Of a DNA stretch of 64,000 bases, positions 1 to 13,840 are shown piece by piece (the first letter of the stretch is position 1; each line of letters opens with the position of its first letter). The translations under genes and the position numbers were made by a program. This stretch comes from Rhizodiscina lignyota (taxonomy: Eukaryota). The stretch is taken from positions 620,001 through 684,000 of the forward strand of contig ML978126.1 in NCBI GenBank assembly GCA_010015805.1, in the 5' to 3' direction. Below the pieces are notes generated by a model. The model ran no database searches and was not told the DNA's origin. It saw nothing but the letters and a program-made list of their open reading frames with translations.

Positions 1-2304
1 GCGCGGAAGCTTCTTGGAGTGCTGAAGACAATTATAATAGAGCAGCGCTGTACGCCGTTTGCTCGCTGAAAACCAGCTCCGTCGTAGACGCGAATGACAG
101 GCGCTCGCTAGATATGTCGTGCCGCTGACGTCGCCGCACACTGCAGTAGCTCGAGGTGTCCCTTGGTTGGCCTGTCCCATGAAGTCGGACCGTAAATCGT
201 ACCTAAGGCAGATACCCGCGTCACACGGTCACAGTCGTCCCATGCCACGATACATATATTGAGCAACAACAAACATCCCAGCTCCAGCGCTGCGTCTCAT
301 ATCTCGGGACGCGCTGCAGTCTGTAAGCAATCAGCCGCGACCATAGAACAACGCGCGAGGCTAAGAATGCAGCAGGCTTGCATTGCTGGGTGCTCGCTGC
401 CCAAGCAAGGCGTGTGCTGCGGACGTGACGGAGACGACAGAAGGAAAGAGTCAGAAGAATGAGATAAATGTCGTGGAACGTCACTTAGCCGGGCTCTTAA
501 GACAGTCAGCCAACTCTCAGCGCCACGGTGCGTGCGTGTGTAATTGAAAGACGAGCTTGAGAGGCATGAGACGGCGGCTTTCCATCTTGACGATGGTTGG
601 ACTTACACGTGGCATTGCATATCACGCCTGCCCGAGAGATGCCCAACGCCGAGCAAAAGCGCACGCTGATGGGACGAAACGGCGGCGCATGCTGGACTAA
701 GCTGCCATACATGCACACGTTGGGCCTCGATTGAAAAAATAGAAAAGTGGTGATTACATGGGTGAGCGTGAAAAATGAGGCTCCAGAATTTTCGCCGGGT
801 AAGGCGTGCAGTGGGAAAGGCATTGACCGCCCTCGAGACGAATGACTGTTCGCACAGTGGAATAAATAGCACACGAGTCCTCGAAATTGCGTCTGTAGAC
901 TTCAATTCAAACTTACCACTCAATTGCTGCTGCGTCCTGCACCGTCCGCTAGCACTCCGTCCAGCAGCTGGCTAGCGATTGCACGACGTCTGTTCCGGAT
1001 GTATTTGCCCAAAGCTTCATATCGACTTCGCAGATACAGATACCGGCGGGCCATCGAGCGAATAACGTGAACTGGCGGGGCTGATTGGACTGGCGCACAG
1101 TGTCCTCTGGAGCGCTGTCCCTGTCACTGCTGGGGTTGGCACTCAGGCGTTGTGGCGAGCGCTGCCCGAAGCCGACTCGAAAACGACTCGAACACTTCCT
1201 CTTGCGGAGCCTCTGCCACCCTGAGCGGCTTCAGGAGGCCTATATCAAGCCTCCATTTGGATTAGGGCGTGGTGGTGTCCGGGCTGGATCGAGAAGCTTC
1301 TCTCCAATCTCCGGCACTGCGCTCCACGTCTCCTTGCCGGTACGTATCCAATGCCCATCAGTATCGCGAGGCGCATCTCGTGCAGCAAGAGTCGTCATCT
1401 TACGCTGACCCTGCCAGCAGCGCCCTATCCCCATCCTATCCCAGGCCTTGCGGCAGAGCAGGATCCGCAGGCATTCACAGTGCTCAGTCGCGGCACGCAA
1501 GGGCAGCGCGAAGCTTGAGTATATCATTGTCGCTAGCGCCGCCTCCCGAGCCAAGGAGCGAGAGCGAGTGGAATTCGGGGCCCCTTATTTGCGCGCAGTT
1601 AGTTGTGGCCTGGTATTGTTAAGCCAGCCGCCGCCTCATTTCGTCTCGCGCGCCCGACGCTCGTCGCTGCAGAGGCCCACTCGACTTCCCCACCAGCAAA
1701 CCTCTCTCAATCCCCCTCCTGACGCACTTCTTCGCACGTCCATCCATTGACTCCTTCACCTTCACTCCTCCTGTCGCCGCCACCCCAAACAGCAGCGTGC
1801 CTCCAGGTCTGGCAGCGCATCCTTGCCTTGCTTCGGCCTGTTTCTCGCGCAGACGAGGGGCCGCTCACCGTCCACTCACACCACGCGCCCGCGCCCTCTG
1901 AGACACGCCTCTGCCATCAGCCAACACAGCAGAAACACCTCCCCTGAGCACTGGCCAAAGCCGACGAGCAGCGAAATCCGCCTGCGCCATCTCAACCACT
2001 TCTCGTTGTTGACGCTCTCCTCGCCCGTTTATAAACAAATCAGCGGGCACACCCGGCGACGGGCATTGGACGCATCGAAGCGCGCTACAACAACGTGCAG
2101 CGATCGAGCCCGTACTGGCCGAGCTTCGTGGGGCTAATTGCGCATTGGGCTGTCACGACAACCATCTGACATTCTCGCTCCACGCTACGCACTCTACTTG
2201 ACCGGTGACCCGACACAACACTCGAGTGACTTTATCCCGCTCTTGCCCTTTCTCTGGCAGAAACGGGCAAGGGTGAGATAGGTGCTCTTTAACTGCCTGC
2301 TTCC

Positions 2305-5036
2305 ATGCCGTAAGTCTGCCCCTCGCCCGCTGCTTGCTCACCCTCTGCGCAAATCCCACTGTCGCTTTTGTGCTTCACCCAATGTCACCGCCCGTCGCTC
2401 GCAGCGTCCCACTGTCGTCGCCTCACTGCACAGCACTCCAGCAAAAAGTCGCATCCTCTTTCGCGCACTCTGCTAACGCAACACCGCGTCTATAGGCTGA
2501 CGATTAGAGTTAGTGAACACTCGCAATCCACTGGCTCGGCCTCAGACGAGCATACTGACGACGAGGACTACGCCGGTGTGCGAGGCTTCTCCGACGTCCA
2601 CCGCTACCACCACGCTGGTGTCCCGCTTGAAGACGACTCGCTTTCAACAGGGAGCCAGCTGGACGCCTCCGAAGACGACGACATAGCCGACTCGTACGTC
2701 CACGTCCACCGAGGACCCCGCCGAGGCAGCTATCGTCACGTACGAAGGCCACCCACACATGAACTAGACGACATAGACCCGTCCGACTCTGCATCGCGAC
2801 CCGCAACAAGCCGTCAGTCTTCACAACAGCGAAGCTCGGAAGGTGTGCCTGGCCGGGGACACTCTCGTCTCCGCAACCCAGCGCCAGACCCTCCGCCTCA
2901 CCCGCGGCCCGGCGCACGGGGCCCGTCACCGAGGATAGCTAGGGATCCTCGAGGGCCAGGACCGAGACCAGAGTCCTTCCACTCCGACAGCCTGGATCAA
3001 GACGATTACCCATACCCACCGGGGGGCGTGCCGTTTGGTCGACCCCCCACCGGGTGGGGCCATGTGCCGCGCTACAATGGCTACCCCGACCCTGGGGCTT
3101 ACGGCGACCCGAGCATCTTATCTGCGCCAGATCCCTTTGCCAGACAAGACATGCAGCCATACAGAGATCCAATGTATGACGCCAATCCGTTCGCTCCCCA
3201 GACACCCGCGTTCGATGATTTCTACGACGGCCCGCCTCCACAACAACGACAGCAGCGACCACGTCCGGCATGGCGACACTCAATGTCAATGGCACCTCCA
3301 CGAGAGTTTGCGCTCATGCCGTATGGTGGCCGGGATCCATATGGGTACGATGCATATAGGGACCCCTATAGAGACCCATACGCCTATGGCAGGCGACCAC
3401 TATTGCCGCCAGAGTTGCGTCCAATCTCGCCAGAAAAGCCTGTCGCGCCAGCAGACCCTTCCAAGCCGCCGACTCCAGCTGCCCCACCTCCTGCTCCAGC
3501 AGCACCGCCGTCCGCACCACCTTCGGCGCCACCATCAGCGCCACCTCCCGGGCCCTCTCCCGCGGAAGAACGTTTGATCGCGCTCGAAAAGCTTATACTG
3601 GCACAGACGGAGGAGAGCAGACAGCGCCAAGCAGCAAAACAGGCGCTGAAAGATGAAGAGGAGCGAAAGAAGAAGGAAGCCGATGAGAAGACGCAGGCGG
3701 AGAAACTGATCGCACTGGAGAAGCTGCTCCTGAAGCAGAACGAGGCGGCTATCGCGCGTGAGAAAGCCATGGAAAAGAAGCGGGAGGAGGCGGAGCTCTC
3801 TGCTGCTGCGAAATTCGCCAAGGAGGCAGCAGAGAGGTCGGCGACCGAGAAGATCCAAAAGGAACTGGACGAGGCTGCTGCCAAGGCAAAGAAGGCTGCC
3901 GAGGATAAGGCTGCAGCGGAAGCGGCTGCGATAAAAGAGGCTGCTGAAAAGGCTGCAGCTGACGCAAAAGAGGCTGCGGACAAGGCCACGGCTGAAGCAA
4001 AGGAAGCTGCAGAGAAAGCTGCAGCTGAACTAAAAGAAGCTACAGAAAAGGCTGCCAAGGAGGCTAAAGAGGCATCAGAGAAGGAGCTGGCGGCTTTGAA
4101 AGAGAAACATGAAGCAGAAGAGGCTGCTCGAAAGAAGTTTGAGGCCGAAGCCGAAGCGCTGAGGCCAAAGGGCGTACCACCGCCTATCAAATTCAAGGAT
4201 GCGGTGGGAAGGAAGTTCCAGTTTCCCTTTGACATTTGCAAGACTTGGAAGGTATGTGAAGAATTCCTGCCCATTATCTCCTCTTGAGTGGAACGATGGA
4301 GCTGACCTCGTGACTTTTACAGGGAATGGAAGGCCTTATCAAGCAAGCCTTCCTCCATGTCGACCTCCTTGGTCCACATGTGCTGGAAGGCCACTACGAC
4401 CTCATCGGCCCAGACGGCGAGATCATTCTCCCGCAAATCTGGGAGACTATGATCAAGCCCGATTACACCATCGAGATGCAAATGTGGCCCATCCCCGAGC
4501 TAGAGAAGGGCAAAGAGAAGGCCCCGCCGCCGATGCCCATGCCGCCGGGAGGCCCACCTGGCGGTATGCCCTTCTTCGACGACCTATTGAAAGGTCTTGG
4601 CCCCATGCCCGGGAAACACATGAAATCGGGAAAATCGGGCAAAGGCAAGAAGGGCGCAGCAGTGGAACTCCCTCCAATGCACCACCGTCCGCCACCTGGT
4701 ATCCTTCCTCTTCCCCCCGGTGGACCAATGCCACCCATGGGTATGCCGGGCGGCATGCCGCCAATGCCTGGTGGGATTCCTCCGCCGCCTATGGGACCCA
4801 TGGGACACATGGGTGGCGGACCTCCAGGCCAGCCGCCGATTATCGACATGTCTGCGCTGAGCATAAACGGCGACAAGCCCGGCAAGAAGAAGAAGAGCAG
4901 CAGCAAGGGGGAGGTGCCGGCGCTCATGCGGTGGGCCGCCGGCGGGAACAGATCGTCGGGAAAAGGAAGTAAAAAACTGGAGCTCGGGGTTGGGACGGTG
5001 CCGTCGAAGAAGAGCCGCAGGAACAGCATGTGGTAA
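2305..5036 (+). CDS. Fungal ubiquitin-like-domain protein with Pro-rich and long Ala/Glu/Lys coiled-coil regions; join(2305..2309,2496..4251,4323..5036)
   Basis: 5-nt first exon ATGCC|GTAAGT; branch GCTAAC near 2472; acceptor TATAG at 2495 gives MPLTIRV. Second intron GTATGT..TTACAG joins PIKFKDAVGRKFQFPFDICKTWK to GMEGLIKQAFLHVD..GHYDLIGPDGEIILPQIWE, a motif typical of a Pezizomycotina ubiquitin-like-domain family. Confidence 0.85.
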
Positions 5037-7343
5037 TTGGGAGTCCCAACTTTCTCCCCCGAGTCTTCCTGAGGCATGGTTTTCCTCCCGTTGCGAGCGG
5101 GTCTTTCGTGTCCTCAAACTATGGAAATGGAAACGGAGTTGTGCAAAAAAAGGGAAAAGAGGGATCTGGCTGTTATTTCTGGATTTTTATTCGCAAAGCT
5201 ATACGGGATCTTTCCTTTCGCATTTCTATCGCGGTGTTCTCGAGCTCTTTTTTGAGACTTAGTCTTCGCACACTGGCTTTCTTCGATGGGCGTTGTGAAA
5301 AAAATCATCGGAGTCCAGCATCGCTCGTCCACTGCGGATTCTCAGCTTTTTCTTTCCGTCCTTTCCCTTTCGCTGTGATATCCATTTGTTTATTGCTGCG
5401 AATGCGGGTTCGGCGCCTTGGAGCGTCTTTTTCTTTTTCACTTTCTCACTGGGCTTACCGAAGGTGGTCATTCTCTGCTCTGTGGATGCGGTGGGGACGC
5501 AATGTTTCTCGCTAGGAAGAGGTGCGGTGGTGGGGAGGTGCAGACGGGAGGGTATGATGATGACGACGACGACGATGGCTGATGGTTTGATGAAGAAGTT
5601 CCAACTCGACTCGATTTAATGCAACGCAAGGTGTCTGGTGTGTGCTGCTGCGATCTTAGCGAATTGATATCAGATACATCTCCAGCAATGAAAAGTATGC
5701 AAATCAGCTCCCGTGTTCGTTCTCGTCGCTGTCATGTCTCGAGTGCGGAGTGGGCCATTTCAGCCACGAGCACTTCTGCCAGCTCCAATTTCCCGTGGTG
5801 CTCTTATCAAGACTTTCTCATTGCGTGCAAGCTAGCAAGCTCTCTCTTGTGCAGGGAAGTATGCTTTTTATGTCGAAGTCCCGCTGGCTTTGAAGAGCGG
5901 CATTTCTGGCGCGAACCGTTCCACGACGACAGCTCTGGGCAGAACAGGAGACACCTTCACCAGTTGGGTAACTTGATTTCGTCTAACAGCGGTTGCAGCG
6001 TGCTTTTGCTCGCACAAATTACCAGCACGTTCCAGACACAATGTCGCTACCTTTGTGGAATACCGGTTTGCCCTCGAGCGCGCGGGCGGCAAACGTGTTG
6101 GAGCAGAGCAGGAGACACGGTCAGCAGTGCGATGCTTGGGTCTAATATGACAGTGTTGATAGCCGCGGTCTTGCTCATCCAAGCTGTCTGCATCTTTTCA
6201 AAGCGCCATCTCTATGCCTGTGGAACATCTGCTTGCTGGCGAACTCTCGCCCCAGCGACCTCATGCGTTCTCCGAGAGTGGCAGGCTCCTCCGTGCTTAG
6301 TACGAAAGTCCGGACTCCGATGGCCTTGCAAGAACGTAAGCTACCCACGGCGCGGCCTCAGCATGACAATTTCCAGCAGAGAGAGTCTGCTTTGGCATCG
6401 GCAACTTTATCGAATGTCCTGGTCCGCTGACACGGTCGTGCAGAAATGCGTTTGAATTGAGGACATGGAAGATGCGACGCTGTGAGAGCGTTGTGACTGG
6501 AGCTCAGGAACGGAGTACAGCCAGCGGCATAATAGGAAATCATGTCGCTAGCATAAGGCATGTGATTGGTGGCATAGTACCTGGCCCTACCCCGTGTATG
6601 AATTCAAAATAGCACAGATTGGGAGGCCCGATGGAATGGCTGTCGATTAACGGTGCATCTGCGGCTCTGGAAGTGAGGTTTAGAGATACTCCATCGTATT
6701 AAGACTCCAGCGACGTCGCGCTGTCGTCTTTGTTGCATGTGGGAAGGGGCATCTGCGCTAGCGGACTGGACCTTTCTTACTAACATTCGACTTGCTTCAC
6801 TCTGCTAGTCAGCTGAGAGCCTGAGCCATCTCGTCTTTCTGTCAACCTGCTTAAATCTCTGTTTCCAGCTTGTAGAGGATCAGAAGAGGCTGTCTGCGAT
6901 CGAGGCTCCACCAGCGATCTCGTCGCTGTCGGGTTTGTCGGCGTTGGTGATAGAGCCAACCACCTCATATTCAGACCCCCCACTCCGCAGTCCCCCAAGC
7001 ACTTCAAGCATCTCCACACTCGCATCCTGCATATTCACTCTCTTCCCCGTCCTGGAGCGTACCGCGCTGCGCATACCTTCCCCCCTTCTTCGCAGCTTCG
7101 CTCTGCACTCTTTCCATCTTAGACGCTTGTCTCGGACACAGCGCCACGCTCGCTTGCTTCTGGACATCGCCGCATTCCTTGTTGGTGCCGCCAATTGCCG
7201 CTCTTTGCTTGTTGGCCAACATCACCGCATCACTCGCACCTCTCCCGCGGACCCCCTACGATAGCCTTCCTTAATCCGCGCATCAGTCTTGCCCAATTAC
7301 TCCTGCTTCGAGAGGACCGCGCTCTGTCCCCACCGCCGGCAAG

Positions 7344-8461
7344 ATGTCTCGTAAGTCGTTTCCCCGGTCACGGTCCGATCCGCTTCATCCCCACAGGTAG
7401 TCCTGACCAACATGTCACCACCAGTACCTCCAGAAGTAGAGGCATCTTACTCCGCCATCATTGACTCCATCCTCGCCGCCAGCGACCTCAGCACCATCTC
7501 CGCCAAGCGCATCCGCAAGGGTCTGCAAGCGGCCGTCGACTACGACATCACCCCTCAGAAAGTGAGCGCGTACACCCATCTGCTCCCATGCCCAGTAGAA
7601 ACTGACACGTACACTCCCACAGGATGCCATCACGCAGCTGATCCTCGCGCGCTTCGACAAGGCGAACGAGCAGAACAGCAATGGTGCCGCATCCGTGCCC
7701 GAGCCTGCTCCCACCGCAGTTCCCGCCGCTGGCCCCCCGTCCTCTGCGCCCATGAGCAATGGCATCTCGAGCAAGCCGCACACCCAGGCAATGCATGCAG
7801 ATTCCGCCTCCCCCCAAAAGCGCCCTGCCTCGTCCGACCCGCAAAGCGCCAGCCCCTCCAATGCCTCCTCCCCGCTCTCCTCCGCCGCCCCTGGCTCGCC
7901 AGACCCCACACCTCCGAAGAAGAAGCACAAGAAGACGAACAGCATGGTAGACGAGGACGCAGAGTTTGCGCGGAGGCTGCAGGCGGAGGAGAACAGCCGC
8001 GCGGCGAGGGCGACGAGGGGCGGCGGCGCCAACAAGAAGAAACCACCCGTGAAGCGGGAAAAGACGAAAAAGAAGAAGAGCGCCAAGAAGGTGGACGGCG
8101 AGGACGACAGCGAACTGGACGAGGGCAGCGGGAAGGAGGTGAAGAGGACAGGCGGATTTCACGTAAGTCAACGATTGGATCAGACGCCCCATTCGCAAGT
8201 GCTGATACGCAAGCCCGTCAACAGAAGCCGATGAACCTCTCCCCACCGCTCGCCGAGCTGCTCGGCGAGACACAGCTCTCGCGGCCGCAGTGCGTGAAGA
8301 AGATATGGGACTACGTCAAGCAGCGCGACCTGCAGGACCCCAACGACAAGCGGCAGATCCGCTGCGACGAGCCGATGCGCGCCGTGTTCAAGTCGGATCG
8401 CGTGCACATGTTCACCATGAACAAGATCCTCAACCAGAATCTGTATGCGCCCGACGAATAA
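7344..8461 (+). CDS. DEK-C + SWIB/MDM2 domain protein (Uaf30/Tri1/Spp27-like); join(7344..7350,7425..7561,7623..8162,8225..8461)
   Basis: N-terminal IIDSILAASDLSTISAKRIRKGLQ (DEK-C). C-terminal GGFHKPMNLSPPLAELLGETQLSRPQCVKKIWDYVKQRDLQDPNDKRQIRCD (SWIB). Three canonical introns keep the frame. Confidence 0.92.
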
Positions 8462-8919
8462 AAATCGCGTGGGAATGATACCATTGGGGGCAGCTCGGCG
8501 TTGAATGTCAAACGCGATTAGAGGATCCCGGGAGAGGTAAAACGGGGAAGTTCGATACATGCGCAATATGGGATGGCGGACCGGTCAAAAATGATTTTTG
8601 ATACTTTAGCCAGGCGCTTTTTGGCATTGGACTTCTCCTTCAGGGCTAAGACGCGGACGGAGTCTTGCACGGGACAAAGGGTCAATTGCATAATGGGGTC
8701 GCTTTTTGCTGACACAATCTTGTCGTTGAACTTAGTCCACCAAATGAAACCTTCACCATAAACACGCGATTGTGATTCTTGAGCAATTTATTTCTCATTT
8801 TGGCCGGAGTGGCTTTCATACGACTACAATGCCGGAGATCCTGCGTAACGCCGACCCAATGCCCCCTTCTTCATATCTAGTTATGAATACATGTCTACAC
8901 ACACCCATGCATACGCTCA

Positions 8920-11900
8920 TCAGTCACTCTTCACGCGCCCATTGGCGCTCGCGCTCCCATTCCCCACCAGCTTCGCCTTCTTGCCCTCCTCGCCCGGCCT
9001 CGTGACGACCCAGTTGCGCTCGACAAACTTGAGCACCTCGTCGATCAGGATGATGGGCGCGGAGATGTACAGCACGGCCTGCCACTCGGTCCAGTTGAGC
9101 GGGACGATGCTGAACAGGCCCTGCAGGAAGGGTATGTACAGCAGGGCGAAGTGCAGCGCCATGGACAGGCAGATGGCGTAGACGAGCATCATGTTCTCCC
9201 ACAGCGGCAGCGTGAGCAGCGACTCGGAGGAGGAGAGGGCGTTCATGGCGTTGAGCATTTCGATGACGACGAGGCTGGGATTATCGTGTCAGCACCAGCT
9301 GTATAAAAGAGGTTCAAGTGGGGGTGGGGAACTTACATGGACAGCGAAACGGTGGAAGCGCTCTTCGCCATGTCGTTGCTGAACATCTCGCAGCCAATCT
9401 CGCCGAACTCGGCCTTGCAGCGGTGGAAGTGGCTCAGCTGCCAGAAGGTGATCTTCGGGCCCTCGCTGTACCACATGAACCACCACGCGTATCCACCGAC
9501 CGTTGCAATGCCAACGTACGTGCCGATGACCATATACCGGAAGAACAGCCATCCGCCCACGAGAGCCTCATCCCTCTTCCTCGGCGGGCGCCTCATTACA
9601 TCGTGGTCAGGCGGGTTAAACGACAGCGCCGTGGCGGGAAGGCCGTCGGTGACGAGGTTGACCCAGAGCAGCTGCACTGGGATCAGCGCCTCGGGCATGC
9701 CCGCCGCTGCGGTCAGGAAGATGGACACCACCTCCCCGATGTTCGAGCTGATGAGGTATCTGATAAACTGCTGCGTATTGCTGTAGATAGACCGACCCTC
9801 TTCCACAGCAGCCTCGATGGTGGCGAAGTTGTCGTCCGCGAGCACCATATCAGCCGCGAGCTTCGCCACATCCGTGCCCGAGCCCATGGCGACACCAATG
9901 TCCGCCTTCTTCAGCGCGGGCGCGTCGTTGACGCCGTCACCGGTCATGGCGACGACCTCGCCCGCCGACTGGAGGAGGTCAACGAGCTTGCTCTTGTGCG
10001 TGGGCTCGGTACGGGAGAAAAGCGACGCGCTCTTCGCCGCCTCGAGTTTCTCTGCTTCGCTGAGGTTGTCGAATTCGCGGCCAGTATAGCTCTTGCCGCG
10101 GAGGTCTTCATGCTGGCCGAAGACGCCAATCTGTCGGCAGATGGACTCTGCTGTGTTGCGATTGTCGCCGGTGATGACGACCACGCGGATGCCGGCTTCA
10201 CGGCACTGGCGGATCGAGGCTGCGACTTCTGGGCGAGGGGGATCGAGCATGCCGACAAGACCGATCAGTGTCATGCCCTGCTCGAGTTGCGTGTACTCCT
10301 TTGTCGTCTTGGCCGTCTTCGTCAATGGTGAGTCGACATTGTCGACGGAAGCGATGGCAATGACACGAAGGCCACGGTTGCCATAGTCAATGACCTCTTT
10401 AGAAATGAGAGGGGTGAGTTTGCCGTTCAGAGGAGCTCTAGTGCCGTTCTTTCCAACCAGTGCGTGAGTGCATCTGTCAAGGATAGATTCGGGTGCGCCC
10501 TTGACGAGGAGCTTCTGTGAGTCGCCCTGTTTTACGAGAACAGACATGCTCTTCCTATCACGAGAGAACTCGTACGTCGCCAATACATTGGCGCGTTCCT
10601 CGTAATATTTGCTGTGGTAGTGGACGCACTGTTCCGGCGAGCTGCTCTTAGCAGCGTTGTACTTTGGGTCAGGGGTGCCCATCTTCTCGACCAGCACTCG
10701 TAGAGCACCTTCCGTAGGTTCGCCCACGAGGTTGTACGTGCGAGTCTTCGCATCGAACGACAGCATAGCTTCGTTGCAGAGCGCCAGCGCTTCTGACATT
10801 TGCGCCAGGGTTGTGCAGGAAGCGACTGGATTCTCGAGCTTCTTGCCGTTGGCGTATAGAGAGCCCTCCGGCGCGAAGTTTGTGCCCTCGACGTCAATCT
10901 CTTCAAGACCAGCGCCATCTTCGCTGATGTAGACGACTTTGTTGACGCTCATTTGGTTGGTCGTAAGGGTGCCAGTCTTGTCTGAGCAGATGACACTGCA
11001 GCTTCCCAAAGTCTCGACAGATGGCAAGCTTCTGACGACGGCATTCTTTGCCGCCATTTTCCGCGTACCCAAAGCCAGGCAAGTGGTGATGACGACCGCA
11101 AGACCTTCCGGAATTGCAGCAACGCCAAGGGACACTGCAATCTTGAGGTAGTAGATCGCTCCTTTTGTCCATCCGCCATGCGAGGGATCATTGAAATGCT
11201 GGATGTTGATAAGCCACACCAGCACACAAATGACAGTAATAACCTTTGCAAGCATATCACCAAAGTCATTCAGCTTCTCCTTCAACGGTGTCGGCTGGCT
11301 GATCTGCGCCGTTATGCTCTCGTGGATGTCACCGATAGCCGTTGAGGAGCCGGTCAGAACTACCAAAGCGTTCGCGTGGCCCGTTGAGACTGTTGTACCT
11401 GAGAACAGCATGTTGATCTGATCTTGTTTGACGGCATCCTTGTCCTCGATCGCATATGTCTCTTTGCCCACGCTCTCGCTCTCGCCAGTGAGGATGGATT
11501 GGTCTACGGCGAAGCTGTTACTCTGGATCGAGAGGACGCGGCAGTCGGCTGGGATACGGTCTCCCACGGCGACGGTGATAATGTCACCGGGCACGAGCTC
11601 GTCTGCCTTGACACGCTTGACACTGCCATTCCGAATTACTTTGGCTTCGTTGGCGGAGTATTCTTGTAGAGCCGCGATGGCCTTCTCTGCACTGCTTTCT
11701 TGCGACACGCCCACGACGGCATTGAGGATGAGAATCGTTAGGATCTAGCCGGTAATTAGTACCCTGGGGTTCCTTTCAACAGACTTTTATGTATACTTAC
11801 AACAGCCGGGTCCACAAACGCACTCCAACCATCTCCTCCCTCAAACAGCGCCAGCACAAACGAGACTGCGGCAGACCCCAAAAGGATTATCACAAGCTGG

Positions 11901-12136
11901 TCTTTGAATTGTTCGAGGATCAGCTCCCACAGCGGCGTCGGAGGGTCTTCAGGCAGAGCTACACGAATAAATCAGCCACGCATCCAAGCCATTGACGTGC
12001 ACTGTCCTTTGCGCTTACCGTTGCGCCCATACTTCGACCTCAGATCCCGAACCTGATCATCTGAAAGTCCACTTTCCTCCGTGACCTTGAAACGCGCAAG
12101 CGTATCCTTCACGCTCTGGACGTATGCGTCATCCAT
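8920..12136 (-). CDS. nca-1: SERCA-type (P2A) Ca2+-transporting ATPase; exons 12136-12019, 11958-11801, 11744-9337, 9274-8920
   Basis: Motifs [48 protein letters not shown] and [19 protein letters not shown] (SERCA-like Ca-binding helices). Splice sites are canonical. Confidence 0.96.
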
Positions 12137-12536
12137 GTTGTCACCACGTGAGCCTTTCTTAAGTGCCCGGCGGGGCGTTGTGCGGTTGGTGGGAGTCTAT
12201 CAGAAGTAGTATGGCAGACGTTGAATGTCCCAAAAACGGCTATCGGGGAGTTTGCTGTTGGGGAGAAAGCTGGCTCTGGCGCAGCAAGGCGAATGTCAGT
12301 GAGAAAATGACGGAGGAAGGTAGTGCAAAGAGCGACTAGGGGAGTGAAAGGCTTTGTATGCGAAAGTTAGCTCCGAGTGGTGGTGCTGCCCCGCCACTGC
12401 TTTTCTCCAGGTGGCCTCTTTTCATGGCTTGCGGCTCTGTCTGGCCCTGCAGATCTCCCTTCAACCTTTCGGCTCTGCCTCCCGCACCCGCTAAACTGCC
12501 TTGGGAAGCACGTTCCTGAGATACCGTCGTACTTGT

Positions 12537-12771
12537 CACGGGGGTGACAAACTGTTCGAATCTCCTGAAGTTTGAATACGTGCAACAGAAACGAGATCTC
12601 CTCTTCAACGGTTGCGAGAGCATCTCTGAAAGCTCGATTAAATCTATACTAAACTGTACTTATCCAGGATGCGCGGCTTTATGGTGTATGATTGGTACGG
12701 ACTGACGAGGGTAGGCGTCCTCGCGGTTCCGCATATTACAATCACGACTCAACTATTTTATCACCCACTTG
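12537..12771 (+). mobile_element. MITE-like element, copy A (full length, ~235 bp)
   Basis: Left end CACGGGGGTGACAAAC; right end CTCAACTATTTTATCACCCACTTG (imperfect inverted repeat); core CTCTTC-N8-CGAGAGCATCTCTGAAAGCTC. Segment 12704-12759 matches 46435-46490 at 42/56 ungapped by manual count. Confidence 0.75.
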
Positions 12772-13180
12772 CTTGTGTATCTCGGGCTCAACTGTTGTGC
12801 TATTAATCATCATGGCTATGAGCAACTTCAAGGCTTCCCAAGGGGCGTGACTAGGTATAGAGTATACGAAGGAGCTAGTTTCCCGCGAGCGAACGGTCTC
12901 AGAGCTACTTTACTACAATTGCTTTCAGCACTTCTAAGAAGATTCCGTATAGCATGAGTTTATATTCCAGGTTATTAGGGAGTAGTTTACTAGGCCTGCC
13001 TTAGAAGATTTACTTCTCGTTATCGCGGAAAGGAGACGTCGAATACAGGTCTCATACGCTCACGAGAAACTGGCTCCTCCGTACTTGTGCATCTCAGACG
13101 CAGCTTTTGTACTATCAATCATTATACTACGTAGGCGTGAACAATCTCAGGCCCTCCCAAGGGGCGTGACCACGTATACA
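12771..13180 (+). repeat. Imperfect ~90-100 bp direct repeat (12771-12862 vs 13083-13180), overlapping and bracketing a very degenerate MITE-like copy (~12838-13085)
   Basis: CTTGTGTATCTCGGGCTCAACTGTTGTGCTATTAATCAT..CCCAAGGGGCGTGAC vs CTTGTGCATCTCAGACGCAGCTTTTGTACTATCAATCAT..CCCAAGGGGCGTGAC. Differences are mostly transitions. Confidence 0.75.
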
Positions 13181-13194
13181 CACCTGCTGCAGCT

Positions 13195-13425
13195 CGAGGG
13201 TGTGACAACATAACTGGCGCCCTGCAAGCTGTAACGCCGAAGAGCTGTTCGCTCTTAGACTCCAAGCACACGAGACTATCCTCTAAAGCTCAGTTATACA
13301 TTCTTCAGAGTATACTAATCAATAGCGCACTGTTGAAAAACTTACACGCTTTATTTATTATTGAGGCTATACTCCATTGCTGTTCAGTATCCTGAAAGCT
13401 GTGGCCAACTTTCATATCACCCTTG
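13195..13425 (+). mobile_element. MITE-like element, copy B (full length)
   Basis: Left CGAGGGTGTGACAAC; right CCAACTTTCATATCACCCTTG. Collinear with 59536-59769 at both ends, e.g. GCAAGCTGTAACGCC/GCAAGCTGTAATGCC and GCTATAC..GCTGTTC..AAAGC..GGCC. Confidence 0.7.
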
Positions 13426-13840
13426 AGAGCAGCACCACGATGGGAAGAGCACCCTATAGAGCAGAAAGGCTGCATAGTTGTAGGCCATATAAATTTTTAT
13501 AGGGCTCGGAAACGGAAAAACTCAAAATACTAGCAAATTCCGTTCCTCACTATGCAGTCTTTCTGCTCCATACTCTGCCATCTCCTTCATCAGGGCTTAA
13601 AGATGATAGAATGGTTCACCCTAATAGAGATCGAAAAGATGCATCACAAACGAGTCTTACTCTTCAACCAAGGCAACAGTATCGCCGAGGGGATAGGACG
13701 ATATACTTCAGGCAGTGTATACGGAGTTTGCACGTGTTTGATAAATATACTTTGTCATTGTTGGTGTGCTTATGCACACTCAATCGTCCACGCCTCCTAC
13801 CTACAGCACCAATTTTGTTTGGGCCAACCTGCCCCCTCGC

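Noticed and set aside
6..28. ~22-bp similarity to 43286-43309 (GAAGCTTC.TGGA.GTGCTGAA)
   Set aside because: Too short and cut by the window edge; cannot be distinguished from chance.
3384..4274. Long antisense ORFs (also 9318-10331, 22979-23896, 52202-52981)
   Set aside because: Shadow frames of GC3-biased or repetitive real genes.
5619..6455. 278-aa + strand ORF
   Set aside because: No recognisable motifs, Cys/Ser/Arg-rich composition typical of non-coding frames, and no codon bias.
12534..13207. Solo LTR (TGTCAC...GTGACA)
   Set aside because: No flanking 4-6 bp duplication; both GTGACA motifs are explained as left ends of the MITE-like family.
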